A DNA stretch of 64,000 nt from Eledone cirrhosa (Eukaryota). Positions 37,520-51,660 of this stretch are shown one piece after another (positions within the stretch are counted from its first letter, which is position 1; the number at the start of each line of letters is the position of its first letter). The notes beneath the pieces are model-generated. The model saw nothing but the letters and a program-made list of their open reading frames with translations, made no database searches and was not told where the DNA came from. The DNA is taken from NCBI GenBank assembly GCA_964016885.1, contig OZ024740.1, forward strand, positions 187,798,001 to 187,862,000, in the 5' to 3' direction. The position numbers and the translations under genes were made by a program.

Positions 37520-40500
37520 AAGAGAAATGAAAATATTCAGAAATTATATATTTGTTTGGAAATAACTGTGCCTGTAAGTGTTTGTATTTGTATGTGATCA
37601 ATATTATTAGCCTTCAAGTATCTTCTCAAAACATTCTCAAAGACAATTGCTTATTTTTAATACATAGCACTCTAATAATTGTTATTCTTTCTTTATTGGA
37701 CAAAAATATTCAGAAAGATAAATAAATAAATTGATAAAGAGACAACAAGGATAAAAATATGACTTAAACAGTTTTTTTATATTAATATGTTTCATTTTGT
37801 GGACACAGTTCTTTAATAGATTTCTATGGAATCATTTGCTTAGGTTTTTACTTAATAAACATGAAACTTTTAAGTTTAAATTATTTGTTATAATTTGTAC
37901 TGTTCTGGTGGTACAATAGAACTGTCTAAAAAGAAAACCTTGTAAGTGTGATCCTTCAAAATATAATAGAAAAAATTCTTATTTTGGTATGTGAAGCTTA
38001 ACCACATTCAAAGGAAGTTCTGAGGTGTAAATAACAGAAAGTATAGTCAAGAACACGGCTCATACAAATCCAGAGTCAAATATGACAGTTAATAATAAGA
38101 TAATAATTATTATAATTGAATTTTTCTAGCTTTATAATCAGTACTGAATTAGATAAATATTACATCTTATATATGAAATCATCCTTTTGTTAAGGTTTAG
38201 AAAAATATCCAATATATGTGCGTATGTTTTTTTGTGTATATATTTGAAGAAAGGTAATGTTTAAGATTTATTGATTTCCTAAGGTATATTCAATTATATT
38301 GCACTTTCACTATCTCTTGCTCTCACTTTATTTAAATTTCTTTCTCCCTCTTTTTCTATTTGCCTCCCTTTTTCTTCCTAGCTCTAAAACCATTTTTAGC
38401 TTCATGAAACAACATGTAATTGTTTATATAAACTTTTGTGGAATTAAATGTGTTCATATGTGAGTGTACAGTTGTGATTTAGGAACAAATATATATATTT
38501 GTTAAGCATGAGTAAATAGTAATTTTAAAAGCTGTCTATTGATAAACAACCAGCGTAAAATATAGAAGTAACAATCTAAATAAAATATGATGTAGTCATA
38601 AAATATAAATAAACCATATTTGCTCACAACCAGTTACGTTTTCTGTTAGTTTAATATCTGTTTTTCAAACTGGTATGGGTTGAATAAATATTTGACTTGG
38701 TAAGGTTTTTGATGGCTAGATTTCTTTAGTTAGGCCAACTAGTTTGACAGCAAATGATTGCATTTATAATTTCACCATGCCATACTAAAAGTGTCATCCT
38801 TGCTCTGTAGCATATTAGATTTATTTTTCTGTTTTATTGCTTAAACGTCTACATCCCTTCTTCAATGCAAGGGTAAAAAATTAAATGGGTATGATGTGAA
38901 TAGAAAATGAGATATATAAAAATAGTTTATGTATGAAAGAAAAATCTAGACAAAACTGTGAAGTAACATATGATGGAAATATTGCATATGATTTTGTATC
39001 AAGGGGATCAACTGGGAAGATTACTGACCCCATTTATTTACTGATTTGGGATGGAGTTCGTCAAATTGGACTAAGGAAACAATGTTTTCATTGCCGATAC
39101 TATCTACTGGTCACAACTCCTGGCAGAAGAAGCAACATGAAATAAATTGGCTCGCATCAATTTGTCTGGGAATCGAACTTGGAACCTCGTGATAACAAAT
39201 CTAATTCTCTAACCACCATTATATTAGTATAATAATATATTTACTTTTTATATTGGTACAGATAATGTTATTCAATTAATGATGGTTCGGTGCCAGAAAT
39301 TATAGTTTAGTTAAATAATGTAAACTCAGGAAAGCTACAGCAGAATGACTTTTTTTTAATAGAAATTCAATACCTATTTCTCTGTTATTATCAGAAACTA
39401 TCTAGTGCAGCCTCAACTCATTTATTAACAGGCCACTGATTCTTGAAAGATTGCTATATTAGATAAAATGTGGCTGCCAAAGAGACAAAATAGCTATAAA
39501 TATGTGTTTTGTTTTATAATAGAGAAATATATTACTCATCAAGATAATACAGAGATGCGTAAGACTGGTGTTGCTAATGATGAATCAAAAAGATAGGTAG
39601 AATTGTAAATAGGATGTGCATGGAAGAGAATTATGAGAATATAAGTTGTTATACAGTTGACATGTTTTAAAGTACACAAATTGGAAGCAGCTACAGTTAT
39701 TAAAAAATATTATAGCTATTTCCATGACCACAAAAGAAATTATGGATAGAAATTGATAAAATTCTTAATGACTGATAAGTCATGGTACCTGTGTTTTTCT
39801 TTTTGGCTGAAATGCTTTGTGATACTTGTTCCAGCTGTCTGTACTCCAAGTTCAAATTCCATCAAGGTTAACAGTACCTTTCATCTTTTCAAGATTGGTA
39901 TAGTACCGATCACGCACTGGAGTTGATATAATCAAGTTTCCCCTTACTTCAAACTTGCATGCCTTGTGTCTAAATGCAACAACATTTTTTTGTGACAAAA
40001 AAAATACCCATTCATTGTCAAGAAAGATGCTTACTAAGTTGATGCCATCTTTAAAAAACCCAAACAAGCTAAAATCCTTCTTTGTATTAATACTATGCAG
40101 TTAAAGTGTAATGCATTTGAGAATTGTGAATTTAGTCATTTTTATGATGAATGATTGATATCTTAACGCAGTAGGTAATCTAGGAAAATAATAATATGCC
40201 ATTGTAGAACTGGGGTTTTGCTAATAGAATACAAAATAAGCAATCTATATTGGTGCCATTACTGTATTTTAGCACTTGCAGCACTTATGTATCCACATGA
40301 TCACCATGACAAAAATTCCTGGCTACACTAAATATATGCTTCAGTATGTTGTCTACTAATACAAACACAAAACATCCCCACAAATTGAAATAATTTGATA
40401 TATGCTCCCATATATAACTCAGAGCTCCTACTGATTTTCACTCATACATGTGTTTATGAATATGACCTGATTCTTAGAAGTTTATGTAACATCTGTAAGA

Positions 40501-43500
40501 CATGTGCTTTAGTGGTTCTCATGATCCTAAGGTCATGAGTTTGATTCCCATTGTGTTCTTGCAAGGCATCTCATTTCACATTGCTCCAGTCAACACATGC
40601 GAAAAAATTAGTTGTAACTCTATAATCCAGACTTGTCATAGAATCTCATTGAATCCCTCTAAGAATTATCTTAATTGTACATGCCTATTGAATGTACATC
40701 CATTTCATCAGTAGGTTGTCTCATTGATCAAATTGACTAGAAGACCTGTGTTTGGAACCAATTGAAGTCCTACACACACATACACATACAAGATATAGTT
40801 GCACAGTATAGTTGTTAGTAATGCTGTTTTAAGTTTCTTGTGTAATAATATTTGTAGCAAATATTTTTCTGGTCAATATTCATCAGTAATTTATATCAGC
40901 ATTATAAAAAAATTAATTTAATGCCCTCATTATGTTCAACAGAGTGAAGATAAATCTAGTTAGTCCATGACAAATGGACTCTTTAATATAAATTTAGTGT
41001 TTCTCTTGAAGTGCAAAACTACTCTTCACTAGGAAAACTATGTAACATGACATTAGTCATGTTAATGTAAGAATAAACTATATCAGAGTAGATAAAAACA
41101 TATAATTAAAATAACTAGTAAACTATCTGAAAATAAGACAATAATAAAAAAAAAATTATAAATCTCATATGTTGTACACTGCAAAGTCATGATAACACTA
41201 CACCAGGGGGAAATCTGCCACTCTTTTTCATATATTTAAAGTTTATATATTTCAGCTAGAATGTTAGTATGTTAAAAATGAAATTAAGGCACATGAAAAT
41301 TGAAATTCGAGAGTATGTTTTGCTTTTTGCAAAGGCTACTCCTAGTTTGTATATTTACTTGTAGTAATCATACCATGCCACTGCTGAATGACAGTGAGTC
41401 TTTCACTATTTCGGCCAGTATATTTAAGGTTATACATTGTTGAAGAACTCAGAATATGATCAAATTACTTTAGAAGTTGTCTCCTGTACAAGATTGAAAT
41501 GTGAAGACAGGTTTAAAATAATCAATTATTAATCTTAATATCTACAGATATATTTGTAGTTACCTTTTTAATATTCTGGGTAATAAACATGTTCATAAAA
41601 CTTACATGAATTTTGTTTTTTGGTTTGTTGTATATTATTTTTATTATTAGCTTATATATATATATAAAATATAATCCTTCAAAAACCCCTGGTTTGTGTA
41701 TATTATATTGTTAGCTTATATATAAAATAACATAAATTACTGGCATCATGAATAAAAACAACGATGGAATTAATAATTGTGAAGGGAAGGAAACTATATT
41801 TCAATTTTCAATAGTTTAATTATTTTAAAAAACAAAATTATTTAAAAATGTAATCTAATGACTCGTATGTATTTGTAACATCAAAGTTTGTGAAAATGTG
41901 AATCCTGCTTTTGTTTACTTTTATAAACAATTCTCCTGAATATTTACATTAATTCGATGCCATGCAGTTTATATTATAGTCAGAGCTTCAGAAATTTCTA
42001 CTTTTTTGCACCAGCATGTTATTTGATTTTATCTGTTGGAAAACAGTATCTGAATATGATTGCAGTTCACAAGGTGTTACTACGAGAAAATCGTTTGTCC
42101 TTTCTGAGTTGTAACCCATTTCTAGGTCAATGATATATTCACATACATGTACACACATACATCCATTCATGTTTGAGTATAACAAGATGTTAATAAACAA
42201 CCTGAATATCTGTGAGGTAGTTTTGTCTCCAGCATTGTTTAAGAGTGGAAGATGGAGTACTGTACATAAGATGTGTGTGTGCGTCTCTGTGTAATATTTA
42301 GTATCTACCTACACACATATATTACTATGTTTTGTTGCATTTGATTACAAATAATCGGGTCTTTCCAGAATTTCCAAATAATGCGTAATGCCTTAGTGTT
42401 ATTGTATTGTTCTACTTTTGGATAAAAGCTGCTGTCTGTTGAAACACTTAACTCTAATTAATTTTGCCTTTTTATTTATTTCCTTTCTTACTTATGTATT
42501 TGTTTATTCGTTGCAAATACAATTTAAAATTTCTTTGTTGCACTCATGGAGAATAACAGATAAAAGAACAAACTCTCTTTGTAGTAGAATCAATGAAATT
42601 AAATATTCTGATTTTCTGTTTGTATGTGAGTAAATTTTAATATACTTAGGTCTAATTATAGGAACCTATTCCTGTGCCAATTTGTGAATGTATATGTGTG
42701 TATATACGTTACCTATTGCAATGTGTCTCTTATTTTAAAAGTTGTTTGTGTGTAGTAGAATTGCAAACATATAAATTGAATAGATAAGTTTCTAATTATA
42801 TAAACATGCATGCATACGAGTATACATAGATAGAAAAGCATTTCTATGTGTATGTACATTTAAAAGCAAGTACGTGCATATTCCCACACAAATATAAACA
42901 TATTAACGTGCAAACTGTTAGTTTCATTTTATTGGATTTATGAAATAGGTTTTTAACAAGTGACCAAAATTGTCTATCTCAGTATTTGGACACAGATCTA
43001 ACAAATAATACTTTTGTATTTAGAAAATATGTTCCTTCTGCTGCAAAGGATCTGATTTATTATAAAACTGTACTTGATGTATTTATAGAAAAACTATTCA
43101 TGTTTGATCATGACACAAAATATTCTCTTCTTTCTTTTACTTTACTGCCTATGCTATTCCTTCTTTTCTTTTAAAATCCAATTCCTCTCTCTATCTTTTG
43201 TCCATATTTGTTAAACAAATTTTATCACAAATGACCAGCTGAAAATTAATGTTGCAAAACTGCACAACTACATTTCATGAAATGAATGAACACTATAGAG
43301 GTTTCGATAATAAAAGTTGCCTTATCAAATTTCCAGTTCTATCACTTGAAAACAAGTAAACAAGTTATACCAAATAAAATTATTTCAAATGTTATTTACA
43401 TATCAGAAGACGTAAAATTACCTATAAGCCTTAAACAGGGTTTTGGTATATTTCTTGAAAGTTAAAATTAAAATAATTTCTTCTAACTAGACAAATGTGG

Positions 43501-44583
43501 TTTTATGTTTCTGTATATGCTTCTGTGACCTACTTTTGAATTATCTTATCTTAGAATAAATACCTCAGAAACTAAAACTAAACAAAATGAAATTGAAAAT
43601 AACGCCTCAAAACAAATCAACAAACAACCATCTTGTAATATAAGTTTGAAGGGGAAAACAAATTTATTTTCCAAAAATAAATATTTCATGCTGTCTGTCA
43701 CCTCTATATTTGTGAAAGCACAACTTTATCATATGTATTGAAACTTACACAGCAATATTTCATCTAGTTTCTATTAACAGAAGAATTAAACTTACGTATA
43801 AATTATTGTTCACTAAAAGAATACAGACTTATTCTCTTTGATAAATTAATCAATTTTAGCTTCTTGTAAAGATAGATATATAAACTTTGTAAAATTTAAG
43901 AGTAACAAAAATAAATTTGTTTTATATACACAGTATTGCATATCAAATAGAAAGTAGTTTTTAATGCAATAAATTTACCTTCAAGAATACAATTAATTGC
44001 AAGAGTAATTTTCTCTTATTTACTTATTGATTTGTTTAGAAAATTTTCTATAATAAAATAAAGAATCTATGTTTACATATAATCAGCAATATCGCATAGA
44101 TAGTACCTTGCATTTCAATTTGTTTTCTCTCTGAAAATAGATTTACATTCCTAATGAGCTTAAAACATTATCATTCCATTCAGGGCAGCGTGGTTTCTGA
44201 TGAGCATGATGAAAATTTTAAATGTTAGAAAAGCGCTACATATTTGTCTTCTTTCTCTATTTCTCTATCTTCCTTATTTTGTTGCCCCCCCCCCCCCTCT
44301 TCTTTCATATTAAGATATTTAGACAAAGGGTTTCTTCTTAATTCTCTGTATACTTGGCTTTGTACTACTATTACTATTGTAAAAAGATGTTTCAATATAA
44401 AATTGTTGCATTGTTATTTTTTGTAGTGTTGTGTTGTGCTTGCAGGCATATTTGTTGCATTACTTGAGGTTTTCACATTATAGATTGTGGATCCCCCAAA
44501 TTATTAGTCAATAGAACAATATACAGTTGTATTCTATCATTCCTGTATCATTAATACATATGCTGCTGATATACTCCAGACAG

Positions 44584-44781
44584 CATCATCTTCGTTTAAC
44601 GTCCATTTTCTACGCTAGCATGGGTTAGCCGGGAGTTGTCCCACTTGAGGCAAGGCTGGTCGGGTGACCGTGTCTCGCTCATATAGGACTATCTGGCAGG
44701 TTTTCTATGGCTGGATGCCCTTCCTAACACCAACCACATTTACAGTGTGGAACTGGGAACTTTTTACCGTGTTACCTACAC
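44584..44781 (-). mobile_element. RTE 3'UTR tail fragment
   Basis: Reverse complement resembles 13164-13353. Confidence 0.8.
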
Positions 44782-46774
44782 ATATCTTTTATGTTATTAT
44801 TAACAATTGACTTTTTTCAATAAAATATCTTTCGTTTGCCTACAAGTTTATATCTTATTTAAACTTTCTCAAAACATTCACTACAATATTTCATACAAAA
44901 TTTTGCTTTATAGATTTTTCTCAAATTTTGTAGAACATTGAAGAATTGATGTTAAAATTAATTGCTGTATCTCTGCATGGTGTAAGAGGTGATTAAAAGT
45001 GTTTGAATCAGAAAAGGCATCCAGTTGTAAATAATTGCCTCAATATATCCTGTCCAACCCATATCAGCAGGGAAAAGAGGACGTACAAAAACAATGATGA
45101 TAATGACGTTATATTCCTTTCCTTATCAGTAACATAGCATTGTGTTAATATAACTATTTTCAAGTTTTGATCATGTAAATTCATTTTATCTCTTCGATAT
45201 TTTAGGTCAAATGTATGTGCCTTTATGTCATTGTTGAGGGAGGATATCAATTATATTTTTTATTTTATCATAATTATATCCTACCAAATAAATAATACAC
45301 AATTTTGTGGAATCTAAATGTTTTATGTAGACCTCTCCTAGCATGTGTGTGTGTATGTGTGTGTGTGCCTGTGTATGTCTGTGTACATTTGTGTGTGTAC
45401 GCATGTGTGTCTGGATGCACATGTATGCTTGTGTGTTTATAGCTGAAATTGAAGTAAATTATTAAATGTTTGTGGAGATGGAAATCCCCAAATTCAAAAT
45501 CTCATTTGACACAAATTTTAATTAGTTAGACATGTAGTTTGTAATAATTTCCATTTGTAGAGAACAATATTCGTTAGTTGAGAAAAGATTAATATATACA
45601 AATCAATTGTATGTATATAAATGTATTTATTCTTCCATGTTTTTCACCTATAGTGTCGGTGACAATTATCCCACCACTTGACTAAACGTAGTCAAAGTAG
45701 TTGGATAACTTTCAAGAAAAGTTACATAAAACTGTAGTTTAAATTAATGTAAGACATCGACACATTGGGTGATAATATTTTTCAAATTGTCAACATTGAT
45801 AAAAGCAAAATACATAAATGCATTACATTTTTAACCTCATGTGTAAAGTTTTATATAAGTTGTGTGCAACAGTTTCTCTTAAAGTGGTATGAAAAAGGAG
45901 TGAAAATAAACATACTTTTATAGAAACAGGCTGAAGTTGTTTTATTCTTTAAATATTCATTTAGCTTAACTGATGACTGGGATAAAACTAGCTGAGATTA
46001 TTTTGAAGTAGAGATTCATGGGAGGAAGAAAGATATATAACAGGCAGCATCAAACGCTGCATTGGCTTATAATTTTAAACTGTGGTTGTTAAAAGTTATA
46101 TAAGCTGCAATGGCTTGCAACTGTAAGCAGCACAAACCACAATGGTTCTGTACAGCTAAAAGCAAACTATGTGATGTTTCTACTAGCAACATGACTGTCT
46201 GCAGGTGTGAAATTGCAGTCTGTAGAGGAACAGTAAGCTAATTGACTATCTAGAATTAAGCTACAATGAAGTTGTCATATATTGTGTGAGTGTTTATGGC
46301 CACTGGTAAGAATGCTGCATGGGCTTGTATTAAAGATGTTTGAATGTGAAATGGTTAACTGTACTGATCATGTGACTGCCTGCAGCCAGTGTGTAGAGAA
46401 GAAAAATTGAATTGGTTATTTCTTTTATAGTGTTCTACATTTACAATAGTCCGCAGATCAAACCATTCCTTGGATAATCTTGAATTCCATAGCAATATGT
46501 TGTAATTTTCAGTGAAGAACAGTGCTGGTTTTAATCTGTGTCATGGAACACCATTGACAATTTTCATTCAAAGAAAGCAGTTTTATAGCAACGTAGATAT
46601 TATATTTACAACTATGTAGGCAGTGACATCCATGATTGACACACTAGCAAATTGACAGATGTAATGTTGCTGTTAACGCTGCAGTCAACACATAAGCATG
46701 TGTTAGTATTCAATTAAAAAAAAACATAAATCAAATATGAGGTTAAGAGTTAAAATCACTGTCATGACCCAATA

Positions 46775-46910
46775 TGAGGCTTAGTGGTTAGAGTGCTTTG
46801 CAATCATGAGGTTGAGTTCAATTCCTGGAACAAGCGATGCATTGTGTCTGTGAGCATGACACTTTATTTCACATTACTCCTGTTCCCTCAGCTGTACAAA
46901 TGAGTTGCAG
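46775..46910 (+). mobile_element. tRNA-SINE head and core
   Basis: GGCTTAGTGG, GAGTTCAATTCC, ACACTTTATTTCACATT, CAGCTGTA. Confidence 0.7.
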
Positions 46911-49616
46911 TTTTATTTTCCAATGTCAGTTAGCTAGGCTGCTAATGGAAAATAAACCTGCAAACAAATACAAACTACAATAGTAGCTTGTGTATAGGAG
47001 GTTATACAGAATCTATTCTATTATATTCCAGGATTAATATTATAATCTAACATTTCTTTTCAAATGAAAGGAAACAGTTGAATAGGATATAATATTAGAT
47101 TTGTCTTCTTAATTTGCATAATATTTAAATGAGACTGTGATTTATACTGAAATAAATGCTAACATGATGTTTTATACAAGCTTCAAGTTTTGAAAAAAGG
47201 CGAAACATAGATTTTCAAAGGGACTAGTTATTACATAAATAAAATGAATCCAACAGAGAACTAAAACAAAATTATAAATTTAATTTGATGAGAACATATA
47301 TTTTATCCATGGTGATTGCTTTAAAAATTATGAAAACACTACATAGTAAATTAATTCTAAATATTTAGTTAAAATATAAGAATAAATTAAAAAATATCTT
47401 GATAATTGTTATTATCCTTACTTTTTTGTCAGATTATTTTTTTTTAAATGCCTGTTTTTGCTGAATTGATATAATAGCAGCAAACTGAAGTGTAATGAAA
47501 ATACAGGAAAATAAAAAGAATTCTTCAACAACTATCTGTTAGGAATATTTGTTATTTTGTGATGACATTTCAAGTTATCAACTAAATCATAAAAAATTCT
47601 CATATATTATTATATTTATTATTCTTGGTTCGAGAAATACATCAAGAATTTCCTTCCTTGAAACTAAAATTCTGTAAATCTTAGAAAACTTGCATGGGAG
47701 TATTCATGGTGTATAAATGGTTAACAATGATGCTCAATAAAAAACAGTCATTGAAGTATTCAGGGTAACTCAGATGTATAAGGTTAATGAGTATGTTTAT
47801 GATTAACAGATTATTGAAGGTTAAAAATTCCTGTGTAAGAATACATAATATTAAGAGACCCTAATATTGCTATATCTCATGTCTGTCTTTATAGGTTATT
47901 TGTCATTACCTATAACATTATTACAAAGTTTGTTGTGACAATTACAAATGAAATGATAAACACATTTTCTTAAGTGACATAAAGTTTTAGTTCATCAGCT
48001 AGGTCAGTGGAAAATCTTTGCTTTTCAGTTCATAACAGTATTGACATTTGTTATTGCTATATCAATAATTCATATATCTCTGTCATTTCTATCAAAGAGA
48101 ATGATGTCAGATGTACATGTTAATTAGTGGTTTGTCTGGAATTTAAAGGCTATAATATTGTTATCATTTTTTAAAACATATGGACGTTCATATGAGTACC
48201 TCAGAGGGTTTTCTTGAAGCAGTTGAAATTTAGTGGCTTGGTGTATGTAGAACAGCTTTGCTAGTCTGTGTCTCTAAGTATATTTTATTGAAACTAGTGT
48301 GGAACATGCTGATGAAATACACCCCAATAGTGACATATGTTATCTATATCATAGGAGTTGTAGGTATTCCTTTCATTTTATCTTGTTCTGATTACCTGTT
48401 CTTGTTTTGTCGAATTGTTGCTTCTGCTGTCCCATTTAGCAAGCCAGAAATAGTATTTTATTTATATATAAAACAAATAGCTGAATAAAGGAGTATGTAG
48501 CAACAAGCTAAATTAAAGTCATTTCCCCAAAGCATTACAATATCTAATTTCAGTTTTGCTCTAAACAGCCTCAGTATCTGGAAAATTCCTAATATTAAAA
48601 ACATTCAAACATTTTGGTGTTTGTTGTTTGACATAATACATTAACATGACCATTCTAGAGGCTCTGTCAATCTTGCTTAGATGGCTGATTACTGGTAGGT
48701 CAACAATGATCCTAAAGAAAGACCAAGAAGGGAAGGTCATAAGAGTGGAGTCCTTAAACACTCCATCCAGTAGGTCCTGTCAGAAGCAGGCATCTCCAAT
48801 TGATCTGGCTGGATCTCCAAGCAAGACCAGCTGAACTCAGAGATGTTATCCAACAAAGGTTTATCTTCTGTTTAATAGTATAGGGTACATGTTTCTGTTA
48901 TGATTTATAGAAGTGTTATATAAAGTTTTGTGGGTTATTCTACTTGCTTCATTCGATATGTAGAATATCTCTCCTATATTTGAATTTACTTTTCCAGATA
49001 TCTATTCTATGTTGATACCTTCTGTCTTTTGAAATGATATATAATTTATTCTATCTTTCCTCATCTATTGTGAGAATGGAAGTATATAGGAAACTGCTTA
49101 ACTGAGTAACACAATAGGGTGTCATAAACAGTATGGTAACCTCTATAGTGTTGATAATCTACATGATAAACAAACCCAGTAATGTGTCTTTTAAACATAT
49201 GGCTACATTGTATTGGAATTACTTCAGTATGTTGTAAGTATTTAAGAAAGCCATTGATATATAAATCATCACTATCTTCTTCAGCTGATAGGAAATTTTG
49301 TTGAATTCCAGAGGTCAGATTTGTTGTCACTACAGAAATATGTTGACCAGAAATGCTAATGTCTAGACTTAACATTGTTATAATTATGGTCACTGATAAA
49401 AGTAATATTTCTATCACTATTATTACATTTATTATTACTTTTAAGATTGTAACCAACAATTCTCCTGTTTACAGCATTACCAAATAAATTGTGACATTCA
49501 CTCTTTACAGCTTCTAACTCTACTGTTGTCAATCAATGTCTTTGGTTGTTTATCTTATCTTATATGGTTAAATATTTTTAAAATCTGCTATTTCTTGTTC
49601 ACTATATGTTTTATCT

Positions 49617-49674
<58 letters not shown>

Positions 49675-49909
49675 CTAGAATCAATGCATTGTTCACTTCT
49701 CTGATGTTGGAGCATTTGTGACGGCTTGAAAATGGCTTTTGACAATACTGGAATTTATTTATCTTATACATCTTGTTCTTTGTCTTATTGACAAAGAAGA
49801 CAGAGATAGTTGTAGTAATAGGCATTTCTATAGTGTTTATTTTAGTATATTTTCATAATTTCAAGTCAACTCTGTGGTAACCAAATCTGGCTGGCAAGAG
49901 ATCTTGTCT

Positions 49910-50091
49910 GTGGATTGGCAGTATTGGTAGAGAGTCGGACACCATGCTTTGAAGCATAGAGTTACGTCTCTTTATGATCTGAGTTCAAATCCCGCCGAGG
50001 TTAACTTTGCCTTTCATCCTTACGGGGTCGATAAAATAAAGTACCAGCAATGTACTGAGTAATTGCTGGCCTTGTGCCAAAAGTAGAAACA

Positions 50092-50134
<43 letters not shown>

Positions 50135-50308
50135 GCAGTATCGGTAGAGGGTCGGACGCCATGCTTTGATGCATAGAGTTACGGCCCTTGCTATTCTGAG
50201 TTCAAATCCCGCCGAGGTTAACTTTGCCTTTCATCCTTACGGGGTCGATAAAATAAAGTACCAGTAATGTACTGGGTAATTTCTGGCCTTGTGCCAATAG
50301 TAGAAACA

Positions 50309-50340
<32 letters not shown>
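49910..50340 (+). mobile_element. Head-to-tail dimer of SINE family 2, each unit with an (ATT)n tail
   Basis: Units about 49910-50133 and 50135-50340, with B box GAGTTCAAATCC and the block GCCTTTCATCCTTACGGGGTCGATAAAAT. Confidence 0.88.
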
Positions 50341-50341
<1 letters not shown>

Positions 50342-51660
50342 TCTTCAGCATTATGTTGTACTTCTGCCAGTATTTTGATAGTGAAATATTAAGCTATCTA
50401 TTGCAGCCATGGTATCTAGCACTTTTCTTATGGTTTTGCTATGCCAAACAAATAAGCTTTCTCTAGAGTCAGGAAATACATTTATATATTCAATATCTTC
50501 AATCAACCATTCGAACTCCCTAAGGCTCCTATTACAATTGGGATAGCAATTCTGTGGCAGTTCCAAATTCTCAGAAGTTCATCTTTCACATCTTGGAATT
50601 TTTCTATTTTCTCGTGTTCTTTTGTCTACCATTGTATTATCAAACAGGCAAACAAATCGATGATTCAACACACATTATCCTCTTTATTGAGTATAACAAT
50701 ATCAGGTTATGATGCTCCATTCACTTATCCATTTGAATCTTCATGTCCTTTGGTACATTTCCATGGTTGTTTTCAAAGACACAGTTTGGTTTCTGGTCAT
50801 ACCTCTTTTTCACATTCAAATACAACTTTTTTCGTGCATTCACAAATGTGAAATTGTACCAACTGAGATTGCTTCTTTATGTTTTTTCTGCTGTATCTCA
50901 TTTTGATTGCTTAATCCTACATAGTTAAGATTAGAACAATCTTCTTTAGACACTGGAAATACTTCTTATTCCAATGCCCTTCAGTATTTTGGAAAAACAT
51001 TACATCTAAGCTTTCCTGCTCATATCGTTACTTTCTAAATTTCAGTACTTCACTTTTTCCCTTTCCTTCACTTAATATCTCCTCTTATAATCTTGCTGTA
51101 AAAAGTTCCTTTTCACTATCAGCAATATATTTCCTCAGCCATTCCCCTTCTAGCCTCACATAATCTTCTAAATTTATCAGGCCATGTCCCTCTTTTCTGT
51201 TAAAATATAGCTTGTTGACATCTGCCTGTGGATGTAAAGCTCTGATAATTTCTTTACCTTCCTTGTCATCCTTCTTTTTCTAACTAACATCGCAAGATCT
51301 CCCTTTTTAATTTAATTATTCCCCTACTATATCTGATGATGTGCTGTGGAGTTTATGGTATTGGTGGTATTTATCTCATTGTGTTTGGATTTTAATGTTC
51401 TCTTTATCCTTTGAAAATACTCTTTCCAGATGTTCTTTCTTTATTCCATCCCTTATACAATCAAACCCAAAGCCCCTAGTTATTTATATACATCATCTAA
51501 GACAATCCTCCAGATATTTGTTTTGTTTGGTAGATTTATCTCATCACTTTTATGGTTTTTGCCTCTCTTCAGCATAAGAAGTTCATATTTGGAAAATACA
51601 CATTATTGTTGTTACCCCTCTTTTTACAAGTACATCCCAAGTACTCTCCATCAAGTTATA
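50341..51660 (-). mobile_element. R4/Dong-like RLE non-LTR retrotransposon relic
   Basis: Minus-strand peptide remnants HPQADVNKLYFNRKEGHGLINLED, YDQKPNCVFEN, PDIVILNKEDNVC*IID, IEKFQDVKDELLRIW, IPIVIGALG, TIRKVLD; followed by (TAA)n. Confidence 0.75.

Noticed and set aside
48860-49850. Possible old Penelope RT relic (ORF 49061-49459)
   Set aside because: Only faint resemblance; no catalytic motif recoverable by eye.
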